Shown: positions 1-10,978 of the stretch, piece by piece | How the letters are laid out: each line of letters opens with the position of its first letter | How positions within the stretch are numbered: the stretch's first letter is position 1 | Source: Acidobacteriota bacterium | Lineage (GTDB): Bacteria > Acidobacteriota > Vicinamibacteria > Vicinamibacterales > JAKQTR01 | DNA length: 64,000 bases | Assembly (NCBI GenBank): GCA_026393755.1 | Contig: JAPKZO010000040.1 | Coordinates: 231,968-295,967, forward strand | Direction of reading: 5' to 3' | Position numbers and translations under genes: made by a program | Notes under the pieces: model-generated | Databases searched by the model: none | What the model was told of the DNA's origin: nothing | Seen by the model: the letters and a program-made list of their open reading frames with translations, nothing else

Positions 1-1
1 C

Positions 2-196
2 TGCGTGGCTGGCGAGGGCGAACTGCCGTTCGTGATTGGCGGCGGCTACGACGCGCCGGTCGCCGACCTCACTGGTGCCGGGGCGTCGTGTGCCACGCTC
101 GACTACAGCGAGGATCCACCGATCGTGTTTCTCGGCACGTACGTGGCGTTTGATGATCTCCGGCTCTCCGGCTTGAGGCAGATCGATGGCTGGTAG
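2..196 (+). CDS. DUF4178-like protein, C-terminal end (5' part outside window)
   Basis: Open from the window edge. The tail GEGELPFVIGGGYDAPVADL..TLDYSED..VFLGTYV parallels the C-terminal half of the DUF4178 region of the next gene (GEFYWRVSVGERARVSDY..SKEETGEE..WSLGEYV). TAG at 194-196 overlaps the next ATG (186) by 11 nt. Confidence 0.6.
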   Translation, partial: CVAGEGELPFVIGGGYDAPVADLTGAGASCATLDYSEDPPIVFLGTYVAFDDLRLSGLRQIDGW

Positions 197-1508
197 CTCC
201 CCGCGCACCCCCTCGCCGCTCGCGACGCCGCAGGCGCCGTTGGTCCGGGCGCTCCAGTGCCCGAAATGCGCCGGCCGGCTCGAGGTGCGTGGGCTGGGCC
301 AGACCACCACGATCGCGTGCGGGTCGTGCGGGTCGGTGGTCGACATCTCGAGCGACGATCTCCGGGTGATCTCGACGTTCAACGCCACGCTCACCCGCCA
401 TCCGGTCATTCCACTGGGCACGCGCGGGACGCTGCGGGGAGATCCGTACGAGGTCATCGGCTTCATGTGCCGTGCGATCACGGTGGACGGAACCGACTAC
501 GAGTGGAGCGAGTATCTGCTCTTCAATCCCTACAAGGGCTTCCGCTGGCTCACCGAGTACAACGGCCACTGGAACGACGTGAAGACGACGACGGGGCAAC
601 CCGAAGACGACGGCGACAAGACCGTGAGGTACCTGGGCAGCGCGTTCAGGCGCTTCCAGAGCGCGGACGCCCGCGTCACCTACGTGCTCGGCGAGTTCTA
701 CTGGCGCGTGTCGGTGGGCGAGAGGGCGCGGGTATCCGACTACGTGATGCCTCCGCTCATGCTGAGCAAGGAGGAGACCGGAGAAGAGACGACGTGGTCG
801 CTCGGCGAGTACGTCGAACCTGATGCGGTGGCGAAGGCGTTCGGCGTGACGACCTCGATGCCCAGCCGGATTGGCGTGTACGCCAATCAACCCTCGCCGC
901 TTTCGGCAAAGGCGACGGTGCTCGGCAAGGCATTTGCCTGCCTGGTCGCGGCTGCGGTCATCGTCCAGATGGCCAGCTGCGCGCTGGCGCAGAATCGCAA
1001 GGTCTTCGAACAGTCGTACACATTCACACAGGAGGAGCGTGGAAAGGCGCTCGTGACCGAGCCCTTCGAGTTGACTGGCCATCGGTCCAACGTCATGGTC
1101 GAAACCACGGCCGATCTCAGCAATAAGTGGATCTACCTCAGCATGGCGCTCATCAACCTGGACAGCGGCCAGGCGTACGACTTCGGGCGTGAGGTCAGCT
1201 ACTACAGCGGCGTCGAGGGCGGCGAGTCGTGGTCCGAAGGGGGACGGTCGGATCGGGCGATTCTGCCGAGTGTGCGGGCGGGTCAGTACTATCTTCGGAT
1301 CGAGCCCGAGTCTGACGCGCCTCCGATCAACTACGCCGTCAAGGTCGTTCGTGACGTGCCGAGGCTCTGGTTCCTGCCTGTGGCGCTCGTCGCTCTCAGC
1401 ATTTATCCGCTCCTGTTCTGGATTCGGAGCCGGTCGTTCGAAACGCAGCGGTGGGCGGAGAGCGATGACGCGCCGGTGTCGAGCGGCGGTTCGGACGATT
1501 CGGAATAG
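186..1508 (+). CDS. Zn-ribbon / DUF4178 domain membrane protein
   Basis: 440 aa. CPKC...CGSC zinc ribbon, then a DUF4178-type core (YEVIGFM..DYEWSEYLLFNPYKGFRWLTEY). Two hydrophobic helices (AFACLVAAAVIVQMASCALA; LWFLPVALVALSIYPLLFWI) bracket a soluble segment. Acidic Ser/Asp tail. Confidence 0.85.
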   Translation: MAGSSPRTPSPLATPQAPLVRALQCPKCAGRLEVRGLGQTTTIACGSCGSVVDISSDDLRVISTFNATLTRHPVIPLGTRGTLRGDPYEVIGFMCRAITVDGTDYEWSEYLLFNPYKGFRWLTEYNGHWNDVKTTTGQPEDDGDKTVRYLGSAFRRFQSADARVTYVLGEFYWRVSVGERARVSDYVMPPLMLSKEETGEETTWSLGEYVEPDAVAKAFGVTTSMPSRIGVYANQPSPLSAKATVLGKAFACLVAAAVIVQMASCALAQNRKVFEQSYTFTQEERGKALVTEPFELTGHRSNVMVETTADLSNKWIYLSMALINLDSGQAYDFGREVSYYSGVEGGESWSEGGRSDRAILPSVRAGQYYLRIEPESDAPPINYAVKVVRDVPRLWFLPVALVALSIYPLLFWIRSRSFETQRWAESDDAPVSSGGSDDSE

Positions 1509-1609
1509 CCCGACCTGCCCATGAAGACCGGGAGCAGGTCGCCCTGCGGGCTTCGACTCAGGTCAGATGCTCGGCCTTCGCTCAGGGCTGGCGGATTGGA
1601 GTAGACAAC

Positions 1610-1786
1610 GTGGGACGCATCTGGGCATTTCTGACGTATGGAGTGGTCGTGCTGGGGCTGTTGGGCTGGGCCAACTACACCGGGTGGAGCCTGACCAGCT
1701 ACGACGAGGTCAAGAACGTGCCGAAGTCGATCCGCGACAACCCGGGCGCCTATCGCACGGTGTACCAGCGCTACTATCACAAGTAA
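1610..1786 (+). CDS. small single-pass membrane protein (58 aa), absent from the ORF track
   Basis: GTG start with GGAG 8 nt upstream. Translation VGRIWAFLTYGVVVLGLLGWANYTGWSLTSYDEVKNVPKSIRDNPGAYRTVYQRYYHK. Roughly 50 of 58 codons end in G/C. One N-terminal TM helix. Same strand, between the DUF4178 and DUF350 genes. Confidence 0.6.
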   Translation: MGRIWAFLTYGVVVLGLLGWANYTGWSLTSYDEVKNVPKSIRDNPGAYRTVYQRYYHK

Positions 1787-1817
1787 ACGGCGGTCACGCT
1801 TCCGTGAGGACAACCCC

Positions 1818-2036
1818 ATGACTGGCATCACCCAACTTTCCGCGGTCGTCAACGCCGTGGTCTACGCCTTCCTCGGCATCATCGTGTTCGGGCTGTCGTT
1901 TATCGTCATCGATCGACTGACGCCCTACCATCTGTGGAAGGAGATCATCGAGGACCACAACGTGGCGCTGGCGATCGTGGTCGGCGCGATGTCGCTCGGC
2001 ATCTGCGTCATCATCGCCGCGGCGATCCACGGGTAG
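1818..2036 (+). CDS. DUF350 (YjfL-like) small membrane protein
   Basis: 72 aa with two TM helices. VVNAVVYAFLGIIVFGLSFIVIDRLTPYHLWKEIIEDHNVALAIVVGAMSLGICVIIAAAI is typical of DUF350. GTGAGGA Shine-Dalgarno 7 nt upstream of the ATG. Confidence 0.9.
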   Translation: MTGITQLSAVVNAVVYAFLGIIVFGLSFIVIDRLTPYHLWKEIIEDHNVALAIVVGAMSLGICVIIAAAIHG

Positions 2037-3532
2037 TGACCTACGCCCTGCTGCTGTCGGTGTTCGCCATTGCGTCCTGCGGGCTCGTCTACGAGCTTGT
2101 GTCGGGGGCGCTTGCCAGTTACCTGCTGGGTGACTCGGTCACGCAGTTTTCCACGATCATCGGCATGTACCTGTTCGCGATGGGCGTCGGCTCGTACCTC
2201 TCGCGGTTCATCGGCCGCGGGCTCATCATGCGGTTCATCCAGATTGAGATTGCCGTGGGGCTGGTCGGCGGGTTCTCCGCGGCGTCGATGTTCCTGGCGT
2301 TCTCCTATCTCGGATCGCTCCGCCTCGTGCTGTTCGGGTTCGTTATCGCCGTCGGCATCCTGGTCGGACTCGAGATTCCGCTGCTGCTGCGGATTCTGAA
2401 GTCACGCATCCAGTTCCGGGATCTGGTGTCGCAGGTGCTGACGTTCGACTACCTCGGCGCGCTGGTGGCGTCGCTGTTGTTTCCCCTGCTGCTCGGCCCC
2501 AGGCTGGGGCTGGTGCGGACGTGCCTGCTGTTCGGGCTGCTGAATGCGGCGGTGGCGCTCGCCACCGCGTGGATGTTCCGCCGCGACCTGCCCGGCGTGC
2601 GGGCGTTGACCAGCCAGTCGATCGCCGCAGTCGTCGTGCTGGCTGCCGGCTTCGGATTCGCCGATCAGATCACGAGCTACGCCGAGCAGAATCTCTACGC
2701 CGACGAAATCATCCTGGCCAGGACCACTCCCTATCAGCGCATCATCGTCACACGCTGGCAGGACGACATCCGTCTGTTTCTCGGCGGGCACCTCCAGTTC
2801 AGCTCGAAGGACGAGTACCGATACCACGAAGCGCTCGTCCACCCGGGACTTCAGGCCGTGGCGCGCCCGACGCAGGTGCTCGTGCTGGGCGGGGGTGACG
2901 GGCTCGCGCTCCGGGAGATCATCAAACGGCCCGATGTCGGCGCGATCACGCTGGTCGATCTGGACGCCGAGGTCACCAGGTTGTTCACGTCCAACACGGC
3001 ACTCCGGGCCTTGAACCAGAATGCCTTTGCCGACGCCCGCGTCAAGGTCGTCAACGCGGATGCCTTCATCTGGCTGCAATCGGATCCCGGGTTCTATAAT
3101 TTCGTCGTGGTGGACTTCCCCGATCCCACCAACCACTCCATCGGCAAGCTCTACACGACCGCGTTCTATCGCCTGCTCGAGCGCCACCTGTCCAGCCAGG
3201 GCATCATCAGCGTGCAGGCGACGTCTCCGCTGTTCGCCAGGAAGTCCTACTGGTGCATTGCCAGGACCATCGAATCGGTCGGCCTGTCGGTCCTGCCGTA
3301 TCACGTCTACGTCCCGTCGTTTGGCGAATGGGGCTTCGTGATGGCGTCGCGGCGGCCGTATCACCTGCCAGCGGCGATGCCGCCGGGGCTGCGATTCCTG
3401 ACGCCAGACGTGCTGCGACAGCTGTTCCTGTTTCCACCGGACATGCAGCCAGTGGCGGTCGAATTGAACCGCCTCGACAATCAGATCCTGGTCCAGTATT
3501 ACGACGCCGAGTGGCACCAGGTGACGCAGTAG
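2036..3532 (+). CDS. speE: polyamine aminopropyltransferase (spermidine-synthase-like) with N-terminal polytopic membrane domain
   Basis: GTG 2036 shares its G with the DUF350 TAG stop (TAGTG). The upstream part of track ORF 1934 is Arg/Gly-rich overlap sequence. A membrane domain of about 190 aa precedes the SpeE fold (YQRIIV..LFLGGHLQFSSKDEYRYHEALVHP; VLVLGGGDGLALREI; VVDFPDPTN). Confidence 0.85.
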   Translation: MTYALLLSVFAIASCGLVYELVSGALASYLLGDSVTQFSTIIGMYLFAMGVGSYLSRFIGRGLIMRFIQIEIAVGLVGGFSAASMFLAFSYLGSLRLVLFGFVIAVGILVGLEIPLLLRILKSRIQFRDLVSQVLTFDYLGALVASLLFPLLLGPRLGLVRTCLLFGLLNAAVALATAWMFRRDLPGVRALTSQSIAAVVVLAAGFGFADQITSYAEQNLYADEIILARTTPYQRIIVTRWQDDIRLFLGGHLQFSSKDEYRYHEALVHPGLQAVARPTQVLVLGGGDGLALREIIKRPDVGAITLVDLDAEVTRLFTSNTALRALNQNAFADARVKVVNADAFIWLQSDPGFYNFVVVDFPDPTNHSIGKLYTTAFYRLLERHLSSQGIISVQATSPLFARKSYWCIARTIESVGLSVLPYHVYVPSFGEWGFVMASRRPYHLPAAMPPGLRFLTPDVLRQLFLFPPDMQPVAVELNRLDNQILVQYYDAEWHQVTQ

Positions 3533-3535
3533 ATC

Positions 3536-5170
3536 ATGAAGCGACGACAATTCCTGATCGGTTCGGCCGGCGTGGCGGCCTCCCTGGCCGTGTCGGGATG
3601 CTCGCGATCGTCGGGCCGCCGATTCAGCTTCGACGGGCGCATCGTCGGCGCGACCGAGGGCGTCGGACACCTGCTCAGGCAGGGCGGCCTGCCGGCGCCG
3701 AAGGCTGAGCGGCGTGTGCCGGTGGTCATCGTGGGCGGCGGCGTCTCGGGCCTGTCGGCCGGCTGGAAGCTCCGAAAGTCGGGATTCACCGACTTCGAGA
3801 TTCTGGAACTGGAAGCCGACGCCGGCGGCAACGCGCGATCGGGGCGGAACGCGGTCAGCGCGTTCCCGTGGGGCGCCCACTACGTGCCGTTTCCCACCCG
3901 CGAATCGCGCGCCGTGCGCGAGTTGTTCCAGGAACTCGGCATCATCCAGGGCTACGACGCCGCTGGCAAACCCGTATACGAGGAGACGTTCGTCTGCGGC
4001 GCCCCCGAGGAGCGCCTGTACATCAACGGCAAGTGGCAGGACGGCCTCGTGCCCACGCTGGGGATCAGCCGCCGCGAACTCGATCAACTGGATCGATTCC
4101 AGGATCTGATCGCGGGCTATCGGGACCGGCGCGACGTGGCCGGCCGGCCGGCGTTCGCCATCCCGATGGAGATGAGTGCCCGCGATCCTGATCTGCTGGC
4201 ACTCGATCGGATCTCGATGCGCGACTTCCTCCTTGGCCGGAAGCTCGACGGATCGGCGCTGCACTGGTACGTGGACTACTGCTGCCGCGACGACTACGGC
4301 AGTCACTCGAGTGACGTCTCCGCGTGGGCCGGCGTGCACTACTTCGCGAGCCGCGAGGGCGAGAGCGCGCGCGAGTCGGAGACCACCCTGCTCACCTGGC
4401 CGGAAGGCATCGGCTGGATCGTCACCCGCCTTGCACAGTCGCTGGATCGCCATGTGACGCGCGGCTCGCTCGTGTTCCGCATCACGCCCACCGGAACCGG
4501 GGTGACGGTCGACACGTACAACACCCGGGAACGCGTCACGACGAGGCTCGTCGCCGACGATGTGATCCTGGCGTGCCCGTCGTCATTTGCGAACTATATG
4601 GTCCCGACGCTCCCGGCGGAGGTTCGGCACGACCTGGGCCGGTTCGACTACGCACCCTGGCTGGTCGCCAACCTGACGCTCCGCGCATTTCCGACGGCTC
4701 GCGCTGGTGCGCCGATCGCGTGGGACAACGTCATCTACAAGAGCCCGACGCTCGGGTACGTCGTGGCAACGCACCAGAGCCTGCAGAGCCGTCCGCGAGA
4801 GACGGTGCTGACCTTCTACCATGCGCTGGCCGGCCGCCCGACCGCTGATGCACGGACGCGGCTGCTTTCGCGCGGATGGGAGGGGTGGGCCGATTTCATG
4901 CTCGAGGACCTGTCGCGCCCGCATCCCGAGATCGCGTCGCTCGTGACGAATCTCGACATGATGTTGTGGGGGCACGCGATGATCACGCCGCGGCCCGGGT
5001 TCGTATGGGGTCAGGCACGACAGCGGGTGGCCGCGCTGGAGGGGCCGCTTCACTTCGCGCACTCGGACGTCAGCGGGTTCTCGCTGTTCGAGGAAGCGCA
5101 GTACCGGGGCGTCGGCGCCGCCGAACGCGTCCTGCGGCGCCACCACGTCGCCCACACGTCGTCGATCTGA
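3536..5170 (+). CDS. FAD-dependent oxidoreductase, amine-oxidase-like, Tat signal plus lipobox
   Basis: Starts 3 nt after the speE-like stop. MKRRQFLIGSAGVAASLAVSGCS contains a twin-arginine motif (RRQFL) and a lipobox-like AVSGC. Dinucleotide-binding motif VVIVGGGVSGLSAGWKL..ILELEADAGGN. Confidence 0.8.
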   Translation: MKRRQFLIGSAGVAASLAVSGCSRSSGRRFSFDGRIVGATEGVGHLLRQGGLPAPKAERRVPVVIVGGGVSGLSAGWKLRKSGFTDFEILELEADAGGNARSGRNAVSAFPWGAHYVPFPTRESRAVRELFQELGIIQGYDAAGKPVYEETFVCGAPEERLYINGKWQDGLVPTLGISRRELDQLDRFQDLIAGYRDRRDVAGRPAFAIPMEMSARDPDLLALDRISMRDFLLGRKLDGSALHWYVDYCCRDDYGSHSSDVSAWAGVHYFASREGESARESETTLLTWPEGIGWIVTRLAQSLDRHVTRGSLVFRITPTGTGVTVDTYNTRERVTTRLVADDVILACPSSFANYMVPTLPAEVRHDLGRFDYAPWLVANLTLRAFPTARAGAPIAWDNVIYKSPTLGYVVATHQSLQSRPRETVLTFYHALAGRPTADARTRLLSRGWEGWADFMLEDLSRPHPEIASLVTNLDMMLWGHAMITPRPGFVWGQARQRVAALEGPLHFAHSDVSGFSLFEEAQYRGVGAAERVLRRHHVAHTSSI

Positions 5171-5187
5171 AAGCCGCGCGCCGCGTC

Positions 5188-8070
<2,883 letters not shown>

Positions 8071-8140
8071 AGGATGTACAGCTCGGGGTTCGGAATGCAT
8101 CACTAGCCAGCAGCCTCTCTGTATGGCTCCCGAGCGATCG

Positions 8141-8176
8141 TACAATCAAATATTCTAGCATGCGCACCTGTATAAT
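8141..8176. promoter_or_regulatory. AT-rich divergent promoter region between uvrA and the xdh-family operon (candidate)
   Basis: This is the only AT-rich patch in the 129-bp spacer. TATAAT at 8171-8176 (+) is preceded by TG; TACAAT at 8141-8146; TAGAAT on the minus strand. GGGAGGA SD at 8188-8194 precedes ATG 8200. No good -35 hexamer was seen. Confidence 0.3.
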
Positions 8177-8199
8177 CGAGGCACCCTGGGAGGATCCGC

Positions 8200-10380
8200 A
8201 TGAGCCGGCACGTCGGCCGCAATGTCGCGCGAAAGGACGGCGCGGCCAAGACTGGAGGCACGGCCCGCTACGTTGACGACCTCACGTGGCCCGGGCTCCT
8301 CCATGGCCGCACCATTCGATCCTCCATCCCGTGCGGCGAGATCACAGGCATCAGATTCGATTTCGACCGATCAGGGTTCACCGTCGTTGACGCGGGCGAT
8401 ATCCCCGGGCGCAACGTGGTGTCGCTGATCACCGACGATCAACCATGCCTGGCGAACCGGGTGATCCACCATGCCGCGGAACCGATTCTGCTGGTCGCGC
8501 ACGAAGATCCCGAACGCCTTCTCGGCGCACGCGTCGAGATCAACTACCGCGCTGCGACACCGGTCTTCGACGCCGACAGATCCCAACGGGTCTTCAAGCA
8601 CGTGCGAATCGAGAAGGGGTCGCTCGACGAAGGGTTCGCACGTGCCGATGTGGTCGTTGAGGGCGAGTACCGGACGGGTCACCAGGAGCACCTGTATCTC
8701 GAGCCCAACGGCATGATCGCCGTGCCTGGTGACGGAGGGGTGACCCTGTACGGATCGCTGCAGTGCCCGTACTACGTGCACAAGGCGCTCTGCACGCTGC
8801 TCGCGCTGCCGGCCGACAAGGTGCGCGTGGTGCAAGCCGAAACCGGCGGCGGTTTCGGCGGCAAGGAAGACTATCCGTCGATCATCGCGGGCCATGCCGC
8901 CCTCCTCGCGCTCGCGTCGGGCCGGCCGGTCAAAATGGTCTACGACCGCGTCGAGGACATGATGGCCACCACCAAGCGCCACCCGTCGATCGTTCGACAC
9001 CGGACCGGCGTGATGCGCGACGGACGGCTCGTGGCGATGGACATCTCGGTGGTGATGGACGGCGGAGCGTACTGCACGTTGAGCCCGGTGGTGCTCTCGC
9101 GCGGATGCATCCACGCCACCGGCCCATACCGATGCGAACACGTGCGCGTCGACGGGCGTGTGGTGATGACCAACACGCCGCCCAACGGCGCCTTCCGCGG
9201 ATTCGGCGCGCCCCAGACGCTGTTCGCCGCGGAGGTCCACATGGAGCGCATCGCGGAGGCGCTTGGAATGGACCCGGTCCGGCTCCGCGAGAAGAATGCG
9301 TTCATACCGGGCGATGTGACAGCCACGGGGCAGACGCTCGGCCCGGATACGGCCGCGCTCGACGTGCTGCGCGCAACGGTCGCGCGTGCTGACTTCCACA
9401 AGAAGCGCCGGGCGTTTCGCGGCACCAACCGTGGCATCGGTCTGTCGCTGTTCTTTCATGGCGCGGGCTTCACGGGCAGCGGCGAGGTGTACCTCGCATC
9501 GAAGGCCTCTCTGGAGCTCACGACCAGCGGCGTGCGCGTTCTGGTGGCCAGCACCGAGATCGGCCAGGGCCAGCGCACCGTGCACGCCCAGATCGTGGCC
9601 GACGCGCTCGGCATCCCGATCGACCACGTCGAAGTCGAAGCCGCCGACACGCTGTTCGTGCCGAACAGCGGACCAACCGTCGCCTCCCGCACAACCATGG
9701 TGGTCGGCGGATTGCTGCAGCGATGTGCCGGGGAGATGCGAGAGCGCCTGGGGTCGCTCTCGCCAGCCGAGTACCGGCGCAAGCACGGCCCGCTCGTCAT
9801 CACCAGGCAGTATGAGCCGCCTCCGGGGCTCGTCTGGGATGACGAGACCTATCGCGGCTCCGCATACGGGACGTTCGGCTGGGGCTGCGATATCGTCGAG
9901 GTCGAACTCGATCCAGTGACCTTCGAAGTGCGGCCAACGCGAGTGGCCACGGCGCAGGAGGTCGGCAAGGCTATCTACCCCCTGGGCGTCAGGGGTCAGA
10001 TCGAAGGCGGCACGGTGCAGGGCCTGGGCTATGCGTTGCTCGAGGACGTCGTCATGCGCGACGGCGCGATGGCCAATGCGCAGCTGACCAACTACATTAT
10101 CCCGACGACGCTCGATACGCCGCCGATGGATGTCCTCGTCCTGGAGCGGGGGTATGCTCATGGGCCGTACGGCGCGAAAGGCATCGGTGAAATGCCGTTT
10201 GACGGCGTCGCGCCGGCCGTCGTCAACGCGATTCGCAGCCTCGGCATCGACATCCGCGCGGTGCCGGCCACTCCTGAACGGATTTCTGAGGCAGTGACGG
10301 AACGACGCCGGACACGGCCCGACGGTGGTCGTAGGGGCGCGATTCATCGCGCCCGAAAACGAGACGGAGCGTCACGCTGA
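8200..10380 (+). CDS. xanthine dehydrogenase/aldehyde oxidase family molybdopterin-binding (large) subunit
   Basis: 726 aa. VGRNVARKDGAAKTGGTARYVDD N-terminus, GGGFGGKE, NGAFRGFGAPQ, GIGEMP motifs. The C-terminal ~17 codons run through a hairpin repeat (10331-10354). Confidence 0.93.
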   Translation: MSRHVGRNVARKDGAAKTGGTARYVDDLTWPGLLHGRTIRSSIPCGEITGIRFDFDRSGFTVVDAGDIPGRNVVSLITDDQPCLANRVIHHAAEPILLVAHEDPERLLGARVEINYRAATPVFDADRSQRVFKHVRIEKGSLDEGFARADVVVEGEYRTGHQEHLYLEPNGMIAVPGDGGVTLYGSLQCPYYVHKALCTLLALPADKVRVVQAETGGGFGGKEDYPSIIAGHAALLALASGRPVKMVYDRVEDMMATTKRHPSIVRHRTGVMRDGRLVAMDISVVMDGGAYCTLSPVVLSRGCIHATGPYRCEHVRVDGRVVMTNTPPNGAFRGFGAPQTLFAAEVHMERIAEALGMDPVRLREKNAFIPGDVTATGQTLGPDTAALDVLRATVARADFHKKRRAFRGTNRGIGLSLFFHGAGFTGSGEVYLASKASLELTTSGVRVLVASTEIGQGQRTVHAQIVADALGIPIDHVEVEAADTLFVPNSGPTVASRTTMVVGGLLQRCAGEMRERLGSLSPAEYRRKHGPLVITRQYEPPPGLVWDDETYRGSAYGTFGWGCDIVEVELDPVTFEVRPTRVATAQEVGKAIYPLGVRGQIEGGTVQGLGYALLEDVVMRDGAMANAQLTNYIIPTTLDTPPMDVLVLERGYAHGPYGAKGIGEMPFDGVAPAVVNAIRSLGIDIRAVPATPERISEAVTERRRTRPDGGRRGAIHRARKRDGASR
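10331..10354. repeat. GC-rich hairpin repeat, type A (GTAGGGGCGCGATTCATCGCGCCC)
   Basis: 8-bp stem GGGCGCGA/TCGCGCCC with loop TTCA. 23/24 identical to the copy at 15489-15512. Lies inside the 3' end of the large-subunit ORF. Confidence 0.8.
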
Positions 10381-10397
10381 AACCTATCACTTTCGTA

Positions 10398-10910
10398 TTG
10401 AACGGCAAGCGGACATCGGTCCGCGCGCACCCGATGAAGCGCCTGCTGGACGTGCTGCGGGAGGATTGTCACCTGACCGGCACGAAGGAAGGGTGTGGCG
10501 AGGGCGAGTGCGGGGCCTGCACGGTCATCGTCAACGGCCGCGCGGTCAACGCGTGCCTCGTGCCGATCGCGCAGGTTCGCGACGCGAAGGTGACAACGAT
10601 TGAGGGGCTCAAGGGCCGCCATCCCCTGCAGCGCGCGTTCGCGGAACAGGGCGGCACGCAATGCGGCATCTGCACGCCAGGAATGGTGATGGCGGCGATC
10701 GCGCTGGGGCCTAGTCCGACGCTCAAGGAAGTCCGAGTCGGGCTGGCTGGCAATCTCTGCCGATGTACTGGTTACATCGGGATATATAGAGCGATCAGAT
10801 CTGCGGGAGGACGGCTTCCGGAGCGGCCCCTCGAACCAAGAGCAGAGAGGCGGGAACAGGATAACGCAAGACGTAAGATGCAGGGAGTTGGGAGCAGGAA
10901 GCAGAAATGA
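10398..10910 (+). CDS. (2Fe-2S)-binding small subunit of the xdh-family enzyme
   Basis: CGEGECGACTV and CGICTPG..CRCTGY cluster motifs. TTG start at 10398. An in-frame CTG at 10377 overlapping the upstream TGA (CTGA) would give the family-typical LKPITFVLNGK N-terminus. Confidence 0.9.
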   Translation: MNGKRTSVRAHPMKRLLDVLREDCHLTGTKEGCGEGECGACTVIVNGRAVNACLVPIAQVRDAKVTTIEGLKGRHPLQRAFAEQGGTQCGICTPGMVMAAIALGPSPTLKEVRVGLAGNLCRCTGYIGIYRAIRSAGGRLPERPLEPRAERREQDNARRKMQGVGSRKQK

Positions 10911-10914
10911 GCGC

Positions 10915-10943
10915 GTAGGAGCACGGCATGCCGTGCCCGGATA
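10915..10943. repeat. GC-rich hairpin repeat, type B, degenerate copy (GTAGGAGCACGGCATGCCGTGCCCGGATA)
   Basis: 16-bp perfect palindromic core GCACGGCATGCCGTGC at 10921-10936. Related to the perfect palindrome at 29830-29859. Begins 5 nt after the small-subunit stop. Confidence 0.75.
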
Positions 10944-10978
10944 TCAGAAGGACAAGAGACGGTACGAAGAAGAACGAC

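Noticed and set aside
2402-4453. Very long antisense or alternative-frame ORFs. Examples: 2402-4453 minus 683 aa; 4876-6975 plus 699 aa; 8371-10347 minus 658 aa; 20662-21972 plus; 27569-29203 minus; 29844-31370 plus; 37785-39165 plus; 39239-41821 plus 860 aa; 43292-44572 plus; 61034-62458 plus.
   Set aside because: Each lies opposite to or out of frame with a gene that has clear family motifs. Their translations are dominated by Arg/Ala/Gly/Pro/His runs with no recognisable domains. This is the expected stop-codon-poor artefact of high-GC DNA.
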